Of a stretch of DNA of 64,000 bases, positions 40,709 to 50,024 are shown piece after piece. The position numbers and the translations under genes are program-made. The notes under the pieces were generated by a model. It saw only the letters and a program-made list of their open reading frames with translations, was not told the DNA's origin and searched no databases. Location: positions 7,650 through 71,649 of the forward strand of contig SVJH01000002.1 of assembly GCA_015069095.1 (NCBI GenBank), given 5' to 3'. Numbering within the stretch: position 1 is the stretch's first letter; the number at the start of each line of letters is the position of its first letter. Source of the stretch: Oscillospiraceae bacterium. Lineage in GTDB: Bacteria > Bacillota > Clostridia > UMGS1810.

Positions 40709-41482
40709 TTAAACATAATACTTTACCGTAATATTTATGCGACCTTTTTTTGTAAGTGAATTTTCAGTGTTTATTATAGCCTTGCCAAAACCTTTGGCGC
40801 TTATAATATCACCATCACAAACTGTATGCGATGCATTTTCAACTGTAAGATAGTTTACATTTACATATCCCTTTTTTATAAGGTCTGATGCAACCGATCT
40901 GCTCTTTTTTGTAAATGCACTAACAACAGCATCAAGACGCATTGATGCAACGGTATAATGCACATCTTTAAATTGTTTTATAAAATTATAACAGTTTTCT
41001 TTAAAAATTTCAACAAAAATATTTGAATGTGCTATTTTTTTTAGATTATATATTAAAAATTCGGCAATTTCACTGTGGCAAAAGCACACTGCAAACGTGT
41101 CTAAAATAAGGATATCGCCTATTTTTTCTCTTTTTATGCCAAGTGATAAAATCGAGCCTAAATAATCACGATGCGAAAAAACTTTTTTATCTTTTGTGTA
41201 TATTTTAATGGGAGTTATAGGATAAATCTTTTCTCCATAATTGCAAAAAGGAGAGAAAGACAATATCTTTCTCTCAGCGTCAGTATATCCGCCAAAAAAT
41301 TCAAAATTTTCCTCGCCCGAAAATGCCATACTTAATTTTGCTATTTCAGATGGTGTTAAAAACGATGTATAAGTGTAAATATCTTTATTTGCACTTCTTA
41401 AATATAAATCGTACACCTTTGAAAAAATAATTTTTTCTTCATCACTGTTTGCAAAATTTAAAATTTTTTCTTTATTTATCAT
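40709..41482 (-). CDS. ylmH: YlmH-family S4-domain RNA-binding protein
   Basis: C-terminal S4 domain (MRLDAVVSAF...DLIKKGYVNVN). Synteny with sepF. Confidence 0.75.
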   Translation of the reverse strand: MINKEKILNFANSDEEKIIFSKVYDLYLRSANKDIYTYTSFLTPSEIAKLSMAFSGEENFEFFGGYTDAERKILSFSPFCNYGEKIYPITPIKIYTKDKKVFSHRDYLGSILSLGIKREKIGDILILDTFAVCFCHSEIAEFLIYNLKKIAHSNIFVEIFKENCYNFIKQFKDVHYTVASMRLDAVVSAFTKKSRSVASDLIKKGYVNVNYLTVENASHTVCDGDIISAKGFGKAIINTENSLTKKGRINITVKYYV

Positions 41483-41931
41483 TCAAGTTCAAATACTCCG
41501 TGAATTTTAAGTTCATCGCTAAAATCGCCCATAATGCCTACGTTGTAAGGTGCAAGCATTAAAATTCCGTTAGAGATTTTTTGCATACTTCCGCCAAGTG
41601 CATAAACTGCACCAGATAAAAAGTTTACAATTTTAACGGCAATTTCTCTGTCAAGTTTTTCTAAGTTTACAACAACAGGTTTTTTGCTTTTTAAATGGTC
41701 TGCAATTTCCTGTGCATCCTGATAATTTGTAGGCTGAATAATAACAACCTTAAGTTGCGTTGTTGTGTGAATATTTACAACTTTGCTTCTTTTTGAACTA
41801 AAAGAAGATGAGCTGTATGAAACTGAATCGTCATTTTCTGTATTTGCAAGTGTTGCTTCGTCAATTTCGTTTTCAATTTCCTGTTCAGGAATTCCTAAAA
41901 ATCCTGTAAGTTTGTTCATAAAGTTACCCAT
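41479..41931 (-). CDS. sepF: Cell division protein SepF
   Basis: Conserved C-terminal domain with P.NY.DAQEIADHLK...VVVNL...D...A.KIV.FLSGAVYAL.G. Confidence 0.9.
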   Translation of the reverse strand: MGNFMNKLTGFLGIPEQEIENEIDEATLANTENDDSVSYSSSSFSSKRSKVVNIHTTTQLKVVIIQPTNYQDAQEIADHLKSKKPVVVNLEKLDREIAVKIVNFLSGAVYALGGSMQKISNGILMLAPYNVGIMGDFSDELKIHGVFELE

Positions 41932-41945
41932 TATTTACTTCTCCT

Positions 41946-42623
41946 TTATCTTTTAAAAAGATTTCTTCCAACACGTATAATATTTGCACCTTCTAAAAGT
42001 GCTATATGATAATCCTGACTCATTCCCATAGATAGATATTTCATACTAATATTATCGTATTTTTTATCCTTTATGTCAATATATAAATTGTACAATTTTT
42101 TGAAAATAGCGTGAACATTTTCTTCTGTTTCTAAAAGAGGCGCCATTGTCATAAATCCTTCGATTTTTACATTTTCAATCGTTTTTGCTTCTTCTAAAAA
42201 CTCGTATGCGTCATCTATTGGCACGCCAAACTTACTTTCTTCGCCCGAAACGTTGATTTCTATTAAAACTCTTTGCACTTTGCCTATTTTTTTTGCGCAT
42301 CGTGATATTTCATTTAAAAGTTTTATAGAATCAACAGAATGTATAAGTTCAACTTTGTCTATGATGTATTTTACTTTGTTTGTCTGAAGATGCCCGATTA
42401 AGTGCCATGAGGTGCCTTCTACCTTGTCGTATTTTTCCAAAAGTTCCTGAACTCTGTTTTCGCCAAGTGTGGTTATACCAAGTTTTACTGCCTCATTTAA
42501 AGTATCGGTATCAACAGTTTTAGATACACCAAGAATTAAAATATCGTCAAGGCTTCTTCCTGTTTCTTTAAGTGCTTCTTTCGCCTTTTGTTTAATTTCT
42601 TCGTAATTTTTCTTTAAATCCAA
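41946..42623 (-). CDS. yggS: YggS/YlmE-family PLP-binding protein
   Basis: LGVSKT lysine motif, HLIGHLQTNKVK, and synteny. Confidence 0.9.
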   Translation of the reverse strand: MDLKKNYEEIKQKAKEALKETGRSLDDILILGVSKTVDTDTLNEAVKLGITTLGENRVQELLEKYDKVEGTSWHLIGHLQTNKVKYIIDKVELIHSVDSIKLLNEISRCAKKIGKVQRVLIEINVSGEESKFGVPIDDAYEFLEEAKTIENVKIEGFMTMAPLLETEENVHAIFKKLYNLYIDIKDKKYDNISMKYLSMGMSQDYHIALLEGANIIRVGRNLFKR

Positions 42624-42634
42624 CTTAAATTACC

Positions 42635-43867
42635 TCACTTTACAAGCATTCCGTCATACACATTTTTCCCAGAAACAACAACTTCATCATAAAGATTAAG
42701 CGTAACTGCCGGGATAGATGTATCAACAAACGGGTTGTATTCTTTAACTATTGCGCTTGTGCCGTCATTATAAATAATTTTTGTTTCAACAAATCTTATT
42801 GTTTTTCCTTTTAGCGCATATACACCTGTTTTTCCGTCTACTTTTTTAATTGCTTCGCTTGGAATTACAAGTCCTGAATACATTTTTTTAATAAGTGTAA
42901 TGTCGGTTTTTCTAAGTGTTGATATGTCAACATCGTACTGCTCGGATGAAACACAAATAATTTTCATATCGCCCTTGTCGTCTGAAATGCTTTCAACTTT
43001 TCCTAAAAAGTTTTTGTTGATTGTGTTAAAACGAAGGAAAACTTCCTCGCCGACTTTAAAATCTTTTGCTCTTTTACTGTCAACTTCAATTGCTGCATAC
43101 CAGGTGTAATTATCAATAATTTTGCACGATGCTTTTTCTTCCTTTTCTTCATCGTAAATTTTACTAAATTCCTGTGCACTTATTGAATTTACAATATTTT
43201 TTGTAAGGATTTTTTCAAATCCGTCTGTTTTTAGCATAAATATTCCTGAAGACGGCGAATAAAGTTCTGTTTTTAAGTTTTCCAGACTTTTTTCGTATGA
43301 TGCTTTTTCTTTTTCAAGTTCTAAAAGTTCTGCCTTTATTTTTTCGCCGGTTGTATCGCTTTTTTTGCTCGATGCAAGTTCTATTTTAGATTTTACACTG
43401 CTGATATTTCTTGCATCTTTTTTAACGGAATATTTTGCGTACTCTTTTATATAGTTTGTTAAATCGTCTTCAATTTTAACTTTATCATCTGCAAATGCTT
43501 CGTCTGCACCGGCAAATGATTGTATCTGCTCAATTCGTTCTGTAACTTTAGTAAGACGTGCCTGCATTTCTTTTGTGCTTTCGCTATTGTCATTTTTGTA
43601 AAAAGTTGCAACATTTTTTGCTTTTTTTACATATTCGCCGTCAGAAACGTGCGACTGAACAATACCGTCTGAAAACTCAAACTGATTCCCCGAAAAGTCA
43701 ATAACCGCCTTTTCGTTTCTTATAATAATCGCTCTGTGCACCGATTTATCTTCTATTGTTGAAGAAAGTGCCATTTGTGTTTTCATTTTCGGATTTAAAA
43801 GTAAATATAAGCAAATAACAGCAACAATAACTACCAAAGTTACAATTATTTTCTTTTTGCTTTTCAA
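42635..43867 (-). CDS. HlyD-like membrane-fusion-fold protein (N-terminal TM, coiled coil, beta-barrel)
   Basis: Architecture inferred from the sequence only. Exact family uncertain. Confidence 0.5.
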   Translation of the reverse strand: MKSKKKIIVTLVVIVAVICLYLLLNPKMKTQMALSSTIEDKSVHRAIIIRNEKAVIDFSGNQFEFSDGIVQSHVSDGEYVKKAKNVATFYKNDNSESTKEMQARLTKVTERIEQIQSFAGADEAFADDKVKIEDDLTNYIKEYAKYSVKKDARNISSVKSKIELASSKKSDTTGEKIKAELLELEKEKASYEKSLENLKTELYSPSSGIFMLKTDGFEKILTKNIVNSISAQEFSKIYDEEKEEKASCKIIDNYTWYAAIEVDSKRAKDFKVGEEVFLRFNTINKNFLGKVESISDDKGDMKIICVSSEQYDVDISTLRKTDITLIKKMYSGLVIPSEAIKKVDGKTGVYALKGKTIRFVETKIIYNDGTSAIVKEYNPFVDTSIPAVTLNLYDEVVVSGKNVYDGMLVK

Positions 43868-43876
43868 AATATCACC

Positions 43877-44101
43877 TTAATCATTATTTATATTAACACT
43901 TCTTCTTGGAACAACGGTTGATACTGCGTGTTTGAAAATAAGTTGTTCTTTTCCGTCAGATTCAAGAAGGATTGTGTAACTATCAAAACTTTTTACCTGT
44001 CCTCTTATCTGAAATCCGTTTGTTAAAAATACAGTAACGTCTATTTTTTCTTTTCTTACTGCATTAAGGTATAAATCCTGCAAATTCTGTACTTTACTCA
44101 T
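43877..44101 (-). CDS. hfq: RNA chaperone Hfq
   Basis: Sm motifs LQD.YLN..RKE...V.VFL.NG..I.G.V..FD.Y..LL and FKHA.STV. Confidence 0.95.
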   Translation of the reverse strand: MSKVQNLQDLYLNAVRKEKIDVTVFLTNGFQIRGQVKSFDSYTILLESDGKEQLIFKHAVSTVVPRRSVNINND

Positions 44102-45042
44102 AATAAAATTCCACCTTTAAAATTTTTTATATAATTTATAATATCGCATATGTTGTCATCATTCAAATCAAACCATTTGATATCTTTATTTCGTTTAAAC
44201 CATGTAAGTTGTCGTTTTGCATAGTGGCGTGATTCTCTTTTTAAAATATGCACCATTTCATCGAATGTACAAAGTCCTTTTATATAGTAAATTACCTCTT
44301 TGTAACCAATTGCAGAAAGTGCTGTTTCGCTAAATGGGGTGTCGCCCTTATATAAACTTAAAACCTCTTTAAAAAGACCGTCGTCTATCATTTTGTCAAC
44401 ACGAGCATCTATTCTGTCATATAACTTTTGTCTTTCTCTTGTAAGCCCAATCATAATAGGGTTATACTTTGAAGATGTTTTTTTAATTTGACTGTTATTT
44501 TCAGAAACTGTTTTTCCTGTCATTTCATATATTTCAAGTGCGCGTATAACGCGTTTTACATTGTTAAAATGAATACTTTCGGCGCTTTTTTTATCTACTT
44601 TTTCAAGTAGTGCGTGCAGATACTCATTTCCTTTTTCTTTTGCAATCTGATTATATTTTTCGCGTATTTTTTCATCTTTAAATGATGCGCCAAATTCAAA
44701 ATCGGAAAAAAGCGAGTCTACATAAAGCCCCGTTCCGCCTGCAACAACAGGAGTTTTGCCTCTTTTTATAATATCATCTATGATGCGCGTAGCATCTTTT
44801 TTATATGCCGCTGCGCTGTACGTTTTGTCAATATCTAAAATGTCTATCATATGATGCGGTACGCCATCTGTTTCATCTTTTGTTATTTTTGCCGTGCCGA
44901 TATCCATTTTTTTGTAAATCTGCATAGAATCGGCGCTTACAATTTCGCCGTCAAATTCTTTTGCAATTTTTATAGAAGTTTCGGTTTTTCCAACGCCCGT
45001 AGGTCCAACTATAACTATTACACTGTTTTCCATGGGCATCAC
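44098..45042 (-). CDS. miaA: tRNA dimethylallyltransferase MiaA
   Basis: P-loop GPTGVGKT and SADSMQIYK motif. Confidence 0.95.
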   Translation of the reverse strand: MMPMENSVIVIVGPTGVGKTETSIKIAKEFDGEIVSADSMQIYKKMDIGTAKITKDETDGVPHHMIDILDIDKTYSAAAYKKDATRIIDDIIKRGKTPVVAGGTGLYVDSLFSDFEFGASFKDEKIREKYNQIAKEKGNEYLHALLEKVDKKSAESIHFNNVKRVIRALEIYEMTGKTVSENNSQIKKTSSKYNPIMIGLTRERQKLYDRIDARVDKMIDDGLFKEVLSLYKGDTPFSETALSAIGYKEVIYYIKGLCTFDEMVHILKRESRHYAKRQLTWFKRNKDIKWFDLNDDNICDIINYIKNFKGGILL

Positions 45043-45046
45043 CTTT

Positions 45047-46996
45047 CTATACTATTCTTTTAAAGTTTTTTTCAAGTTCTTTCTTTGTCATTTTTATTTC
45101 AATAGGTCTTCCATGTGGGCAAGTGTTAATATTTTCAAGGCTAAACACATCTGATACAAGTTTTTCCATTTCTTGCTTTGAAAGCACATGATTTCCCTTA
45201 ATCGCCCTTTTGCAAGCCATTGTGTGAAGCATCTCAAGTTCTGCATCTGTATGCAGTTTTCCGTTATTTTCGGAAAGTATTTTTAATACATCGTGGAAAA
45301 TATCGCTTATCGATGCATCAACAAGTGTTTCAGGTACACTTCTTATTATGATAACATTTGCACCAAATTCTTCTAATTCAAATCCTACTTTGCTAAAGAA
45401 CTCAACATTTTGCATAACGAGGTCAAATTCAATCGGAGTAAGGTCAACCGTTACAGGAATAAGCATCGGCTGAGAGTAAACTTTATTTTCGTTTAAATCT
45501 TTTAAAAACTGTTCAAAATAAAGTCTTTCGTGTGCGGCGTGCTGGTCGATAATATGCATTTCATCGCCCATTTCCACTATTATGTATGTAGAAAAAATTT
45601 GTCCTGCAATTTTATAATCAATATTTGGCTGATAAACTTTTTTTGCAGGTTCTTCATTTTTATAAGCTGTCGTTTCTACTGTCTTTTCTTCCAAAACGAT
45701 TTCCTTTATAGGTTCAACCGTTTTTTCTTCTATTTTAGGTTTTACACCGGCTTCTTCTTTAATAATTTCTTTTTGACTTTGCTCTTTGTATTCCTTTTTA
45801 AAAGTATCAACAGCGTCCGATATATATTTGCTTTCTTTTTTAGGAATAATGTCGCTGATTGTCATTTTTTTAGGTGCTTCATCAGCCTTTGGCGATTTAA
45901 TAAACGCATCTTTTAAAAAGTTTATTTCTGTTTGTTTTACATTTTTAACTCTATTTTCAAAAACAATCTTCGGCTTTTCTATTTTCATTTCGGGAATGTG
46001 TTTTTTCTCATTGAGTGCATTTTTTGCAGCCCAGTAGAGTGCATCAAAAACCTTTTTATCGTCCGAAAATCTTACTTCCATTTTAGTAGGGTGTACGTTT
46101 ACATCTACAAAAGTGCTGTTTACTTTAACAAACAAAACAGCAAACGGAAACTGACCTGTCATAAGCGTATTTTTAAACGCCTCAGAAAGTGCAACTGACA
46201 TTGTTTTGCTTTGAATGTTTCTTCCGTTTAAAAAGAAAACCTGATAGTTTCTGTTCTTTTTAGCAAGTGATGAATTTCCTATAAAACCTGTAACCTCTAT
46301 GTTTTCATCAGAAAAATCAACCGGCAAAAGATGTTTTAGGTAGTCTTTTCCGTATACGGCATAAATTGCGTTTTTTAAATCTCCGTCACCAAGTGATGAA
46401 ATTTTGTTTGATGTTCCAATGTATTTTATCGAAACAGAAGGATTACCAAGTATAATTTTATTTATTACATCCGAAACATAACTTGCCTCGGTTGCATCTT
46501 TTTTTAAGAATTTTTGTCTTGCAGGAGTATTGTAAAAAAGATTTCTTACAATTATTGTTGTACCAACTGCACATCCTGCATCTTCTTCCTCCAAAACTTT
46601 TCCGCCTTCAATTAAAAGTCGACGTCCTGCTAAGGAATCTTTTGTTTTAGTGTATATTTCAACTTTTGCAACAGAAGCAATAGACGATAGCGCCTCGCCT
46701 CGAAAACCAAGCGTATAAATTCTTGATAGGTCGTCACTTGTTTTTATTTTGCTTGTTGCGTGTGGCAAAAATGCTGTTTTTACATCGTCCTTTTCAATTC
46801 CGCATCCGTCATCTGTAACTCGGATATATGACATTCCGCCGTTTTTTATTTCAACAGTAATGTTTTTTGCACCGGCATCTATTGAGTTTTCCACAAGTTC
46901 TTTAACCACCGATGAAGGTCTTTCAACAACTTCACCCGCGGCTATCATATTTGCTACGGAAATATCAAGAACGTTAATTTTCGCCATAAATTTCAC
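45047..46996 (-). CDS. mutL: DNA mismatch repair protein MutL
   Basis: GHKL ATPase N-terminus (IAAGEVVERP, ELVENSIDAG). GTG start at 46996, or ATG at 46987. Overlaps the end of mutS. Confidence 0.95.
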   Translation of the reverse strand: MKFMAKINVLDISVANMIAAGEVVERPSSVVKELVENSIDAGAKNITVEIKNGGMSYIRVTDDGCGIEKDDVKTAFLPHATSKIKTSDDLSRIYTLGFRGEALSSIASVAKVEIYTKTKDSLAGRRLLIEGGKVLEEEDAGCAVGTTIIVRNLFYNTPARQKFLKKDATEASYVSDVINKIILGNPSVSIKYIGTSNKISSLGDGDLKNAIYAVYGKDYLKHLLPVDFSDENIEVTGFIGNSSLAKKNRNYQVFFLNGRNIQSKTMSVALSEAFKNTLMTGQFPFAVLFVKVNSTFVDVNVHPTKMEVRFSDDKKVFDALYWAAKNALNEKKHIPEMKIEKPKIVFENRVKNVKQTEINFLKDAFIKSPKADEAPKKMTISDIIPKKESKYISDAVDTFKKEYKEQSQKEIIKEEAGVKPKIEEKTVEPIKEIVLEEKTVETTAYKNEEPAKKVYQPNIDYKIAGQIFSTYIIVEMGDEMHIIDQHAAHERLYFEQFLKDLNENKVYSQPMLIPVTVDLTPIEFDLVMQNVEFFSKVGFELEEFGANVIIIRSVPETLVDASISDIFHDVLKILSENNGKLHTDAELEMLHTMACKRAIKGNHVLSKQEMEKLVSDVFSLENINTCPHGRPIEIKMTKKELEKNFKRIV

Positions 46997-49580
46997 TTAT
47001 CCTTTTTTGGAGTTTGTATATTTCATTCATTGCTTCAATAGGCGTTAGGGTAGAGATATCAATGTTTTTAAGTGTAGTAATTATTTCGTTATCTTGCATC
47101 ATATCGCCATCAAATTTATTTACACTTATATTTTTTATCTCTTTTGTTTCGCCTTTTTCAATAGATTTAAGAACCTCTTTTGCTCTTTTTATAACTTCAT
47201 CGGGAACACCGGCAAGGTATGCAACCTCTATACCGAAACTGTCATCCGTTCCGCCTTTTACGATTTTACGAAGGAAAGTGATGTCATCGCCGTGTTTTTT
47301 TACAGCAATTGAATAGTTATTTATGCCTTCGTTTTCTTCAAGAGCAATAAGTTCGTGATAATGTGTTGCAAAAAGTGTTTTTGCACCGATTTTTTCTTTG
47401 TCGCTTATATACTCTGCAGTTGCCCATGCAATGCTTAGTCCGTCAAAGGTAGATGTTCCTCTGCCTATTTCGTCAAGTATTACAAGGCTTTTGTTTGTTG
47501 CATTTTTAAGTATATTTGCAACTTCGTTCATTTCAAGCATAAATGTACTTTGCCCTGCAGCAAGGTCATCCGATGCCCCTACACGAGTGAAAATTTTGTC
47601 TACAATACCAATTCTGCAACTTTTTGCAGGAACAAAACTTCCTATCTGCGCCATAAGTGTAATTATTGCAACCTGACGCATATATGTTGATTTACCAGCC
47701 ATATTAGGACCGGTAATAATTGAAAATCTGTTTTTATCTGTATCAAGATATATATCGTTTGGAACAAAAAGCGAATCTGTAAGATATCTTTCAACAATAG
47801 GATGTCTTCCGTCTTTTATGTCAATGATATCGCTATCATCAACAGTCGGTTTAACATAGCCGTTATCAGATGCTGCTGATGCAAGTGCAACTAAAACGTC
47901 TATTGTGGCAATTATTTTTGCCTGAGATAAAAGAGTATCTATTCTTTCAAACACAACATTTCTTACTGCAGAAAAATCTTCGTATTCTATATCGTTGATT
48001 TTTTCTTTTGCTCCAAGAATTGTGTTTTCAACATTTTTAAGTTCTTCTGTTATGTATCTTTCACAGTTTGCAAGTGTCTGACGTCGTATGTAGCGGTCAG
48101 GCGCTTTATCAATATTTGATTTTGAAAGTTCTATGTAATATCCAAAAACTCTGTTATATGCAACTTTAAGGTTTTTAATTCCCGTTTCTTCTCTTTCTTT
48201 TGCTTCAATTTCGGCAATTATTTTTGAACCCGATGAAAGAGTAAGTTTTATTTTGTCAAGTCTTTCGTCAAAGCCGTCGCGTATCATACCGCCTTCTCTT
48301 ACGGTAATCGGAGGCTCGTCCACAAATGCGCTTGAAATAAGTGAGCAAACATTTTCCATAGCGTCGCTGTTTTCATAAAGACTTTTTAAAATTTCGCTTT
48401 TTGAATTTTTTATAGCATCAAAAATAACAGGGAAAAGTTCCAAACTGTTTTTTAGCGAAACAAGATCCCTTGCATTTGCACTGCCATAAACAACTTTTGA
48501 AACGATTTTTTCAATATCGTTTATTCGTCTTAAATGGTCAATAAGTTCTTCTCTTAAAAGTACATCGCCAAAAAATTCTTCTACACCAAAAAGACGTCTG
48601 TTAATTTCGTCAGTATCAAGAAGCGGTTGTTCTATCCATTTTTTTAAAAGACGCGAACCCATACTTGTTTTTGTTTTGTCGAGTATAGAGTAAAGTGAGC
48701 CTTTTTTTGATTTATCACGGAGTGTTTCTGTGATTTCAAGATTTCTTCTTGATGCGACATCAATTTCCATAAACTGATTTGCCTGGTAGTAGTTTATGCT
48801 CATAATGTGTTTTAAATCTACTTTTTGAGTTTCTTTAAGATATTTAAGCGCACTTCCAACCGCCATAATTGCATACGGTTTATCGCTTATTTCAATAACA
48901 CTCTTGTGAGCGCATCCAAATTTTTTATCTAAAACTTCCCTGCAACTTTCAAGTTCAAATTCCTTATCGGGATAATACGTTAGCGAGTAGTCAAAACGTT
49001 TTTTCAGATTATTAAACAGTTTTTCAAAATTTAATGAATTGTCGCACGCAATAATTTCTTTTGGTTTAAAACACGCAAGTGTGTTTATAAGTCTGTTTTC
49101 CGATAAATCATTTTTTCCGTCTGTTGCAAACATTTCGCCTGTTGAAACGTCGGCAAAACAAACGCCAAAGTTTTCTTTATCAATATAAACACACGCTAAA
49201 AAGTTATTGCTTGTTTCATTTTCAAAAATGTCAACTGCAGCAGTACCGGGAGTTACAACTCGTATAACTTCTCTTTTTACAATGTCCTTTGCTAAACTTG
49301 GGTCTTCTGCCTGCTCGCATATTGCAACTTTGTAGCCTTTTGATACAAGTTTTGCAATGTAGCCTTGCGCACTGTGATGAGGAACTCCGCACATAGGTGC
49401 TCGCTCATCTAATCCGCAGTTTCTGCCTGTAAGTGTAAGTTCAAGTTCTTCTGATGCCTTATGTGCATCGTTAAAAAACATTTCATAAAAGTCGCCAAGT
49501 CTGTAAAACAAAATACAGTCTTTGTACTGCTCTTTAATCTGCATATACTGACGCATCATCGGCGTTAAGCCTTTTTGCAT
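46974..49580 (-). CDS. mutS: DNA mismatch repair protein MutS
   Basis: TPMMRQY, GDFYE and Walker A GPNMAGKST. Confidence 0.97.
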   Translation of the reverse strand: MQKGLTPMMRQYMQIKEQYKDCILFYRLGDFYEMFFNDAHKASEELELTLTGRNCGLDERAPMCGVPHHSAQGYIAKLVSKGYKVAICEQAEDPSLAKDIVKREVIRVVTPGTAAVDIFENETSNNFLACVYIDKENFGVCFADVSTGEMFATDGKNDLSENRLINTLACFKPKEIIACDNSLNFEKLFNNLKKRFDYSLTYYPDKEFELESCREVLDKKFGCAHKSVIEISDKPYAIMAVGSALKYLKETQKVDLKHIMSINYYQANQFMEIDVASRRNLEITETLRDKSKKGSLYSILDKTKTSMGSRLLKKWIEQPLLDTDEINRRLFGVEEFFGDVLLREELIDHLRRINDIEKIVSKVVYGSANARDLVSLKNSLELFPVIFDAIKNSKSEILKSLYENSDAMENVCSLISSAFVDEPPITVREGGMIRDGFDERLDKIKLTLSSGSKIIAEIEAKEREETGIKNLKVAYNRVFGYYIELSKSNIDKAPDRYIRRQTLANCERYITEELKNVENTILGAKEKINDIEYEDFSAVRNVVFERIDTLLSQAKIIATIDVLVALASAASDNGYVKPTVDDSDIIDIKDGRHPIVERYLTDSLFVPNDIYLDTDKNRFSIITGPNMAGKSTYMRQVAIITLMAQIGSFVPAKSCRIGIVDKIFTRVGASDDLAAGQSTFMLEMNEVANILKNATNKSLVILDEIGRGTSTFDGLSIAWATAEYISDKEKIGAKTLFATHYHELIALEENEGINNYSIAVKKHGDDITFLRKIVKGGTDDSFGIEVAYLAGVPDEVIKRAKEVLKSIEKGETKEIKNISVNKFDGDMMQDNEIITTLKNIDISTLTPIEAMNEIYKLQKRISEIYGEN

Positions 49581-49607
49581 ATCATTTTACCTTCTTATCT
49601 TTAAAAA

Positions 49608-50012
49608 TTAGTGGTTGTGTCCGCAACTTCCGCCGCAAGAAGAACAACTTCCTGTGCATCCGCCTTCGTTATCTTTACCAGATACATAATAAGATAAAAT
49701 ATTGTTAATCTGTTCCATCATATTTGCAAATCCCTGCTGAGCAGCAACGTATGCTTTTATTTTATCGTTTTTCATAATTTTATCAAATGCCGCCTGTGCT
49801 GCAACTTTTAATGCTTCAAAATCTTCTTTTGTGATATCAGGATTTACCGCTTTTTCGTTAAGTGTCTGTCTTGTTGTGTGGTATTCCATCATAAGTTCCA
49901 CTGCTTCTTTGTCGTCAAGTTGTGCTTCCTCTGTTGATTTAAGTGTTTTATATTCTTCACTTTCAACAATCATAACTCCAAGTTCTTTTGCTTTTTCAAA
50001 AATATCTGCCAT
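49608..50012 (-). CDS. YlbF/YmcA-family regulator with Cys/Gly-rich C-terminal tail
   Basis: Helical YlbF-like body. Tail is GGCTGSCSSCGGSCGHNH. Confidence 0.65.
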   Translation of the reverse strand: MADIFEKAKELGVMIVESEEYKTLKSTEEAQLDDKEAVELMMEYHTTRQTLNEKAVNPDITKEDFEALKVAAQAAFDKIMKNDKIKAYVAAQQGFANMMEQINNILSYYVSGKDNEGGCTGSCSSCGGSCGHNH

Positions 50013-50024
50013 TTTTATCTCCTC

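Noticed and set aside
45530-46198. Several F/L/I-rich plus-strand ORFs inside mutL, with similar antisense ORFs inside mutS, the SLH gene, ileS, res and trkA
   Set aside because: These are low-complexity antisense frames of well-supported genes in AT-rich DNA, and they have no independent signals.
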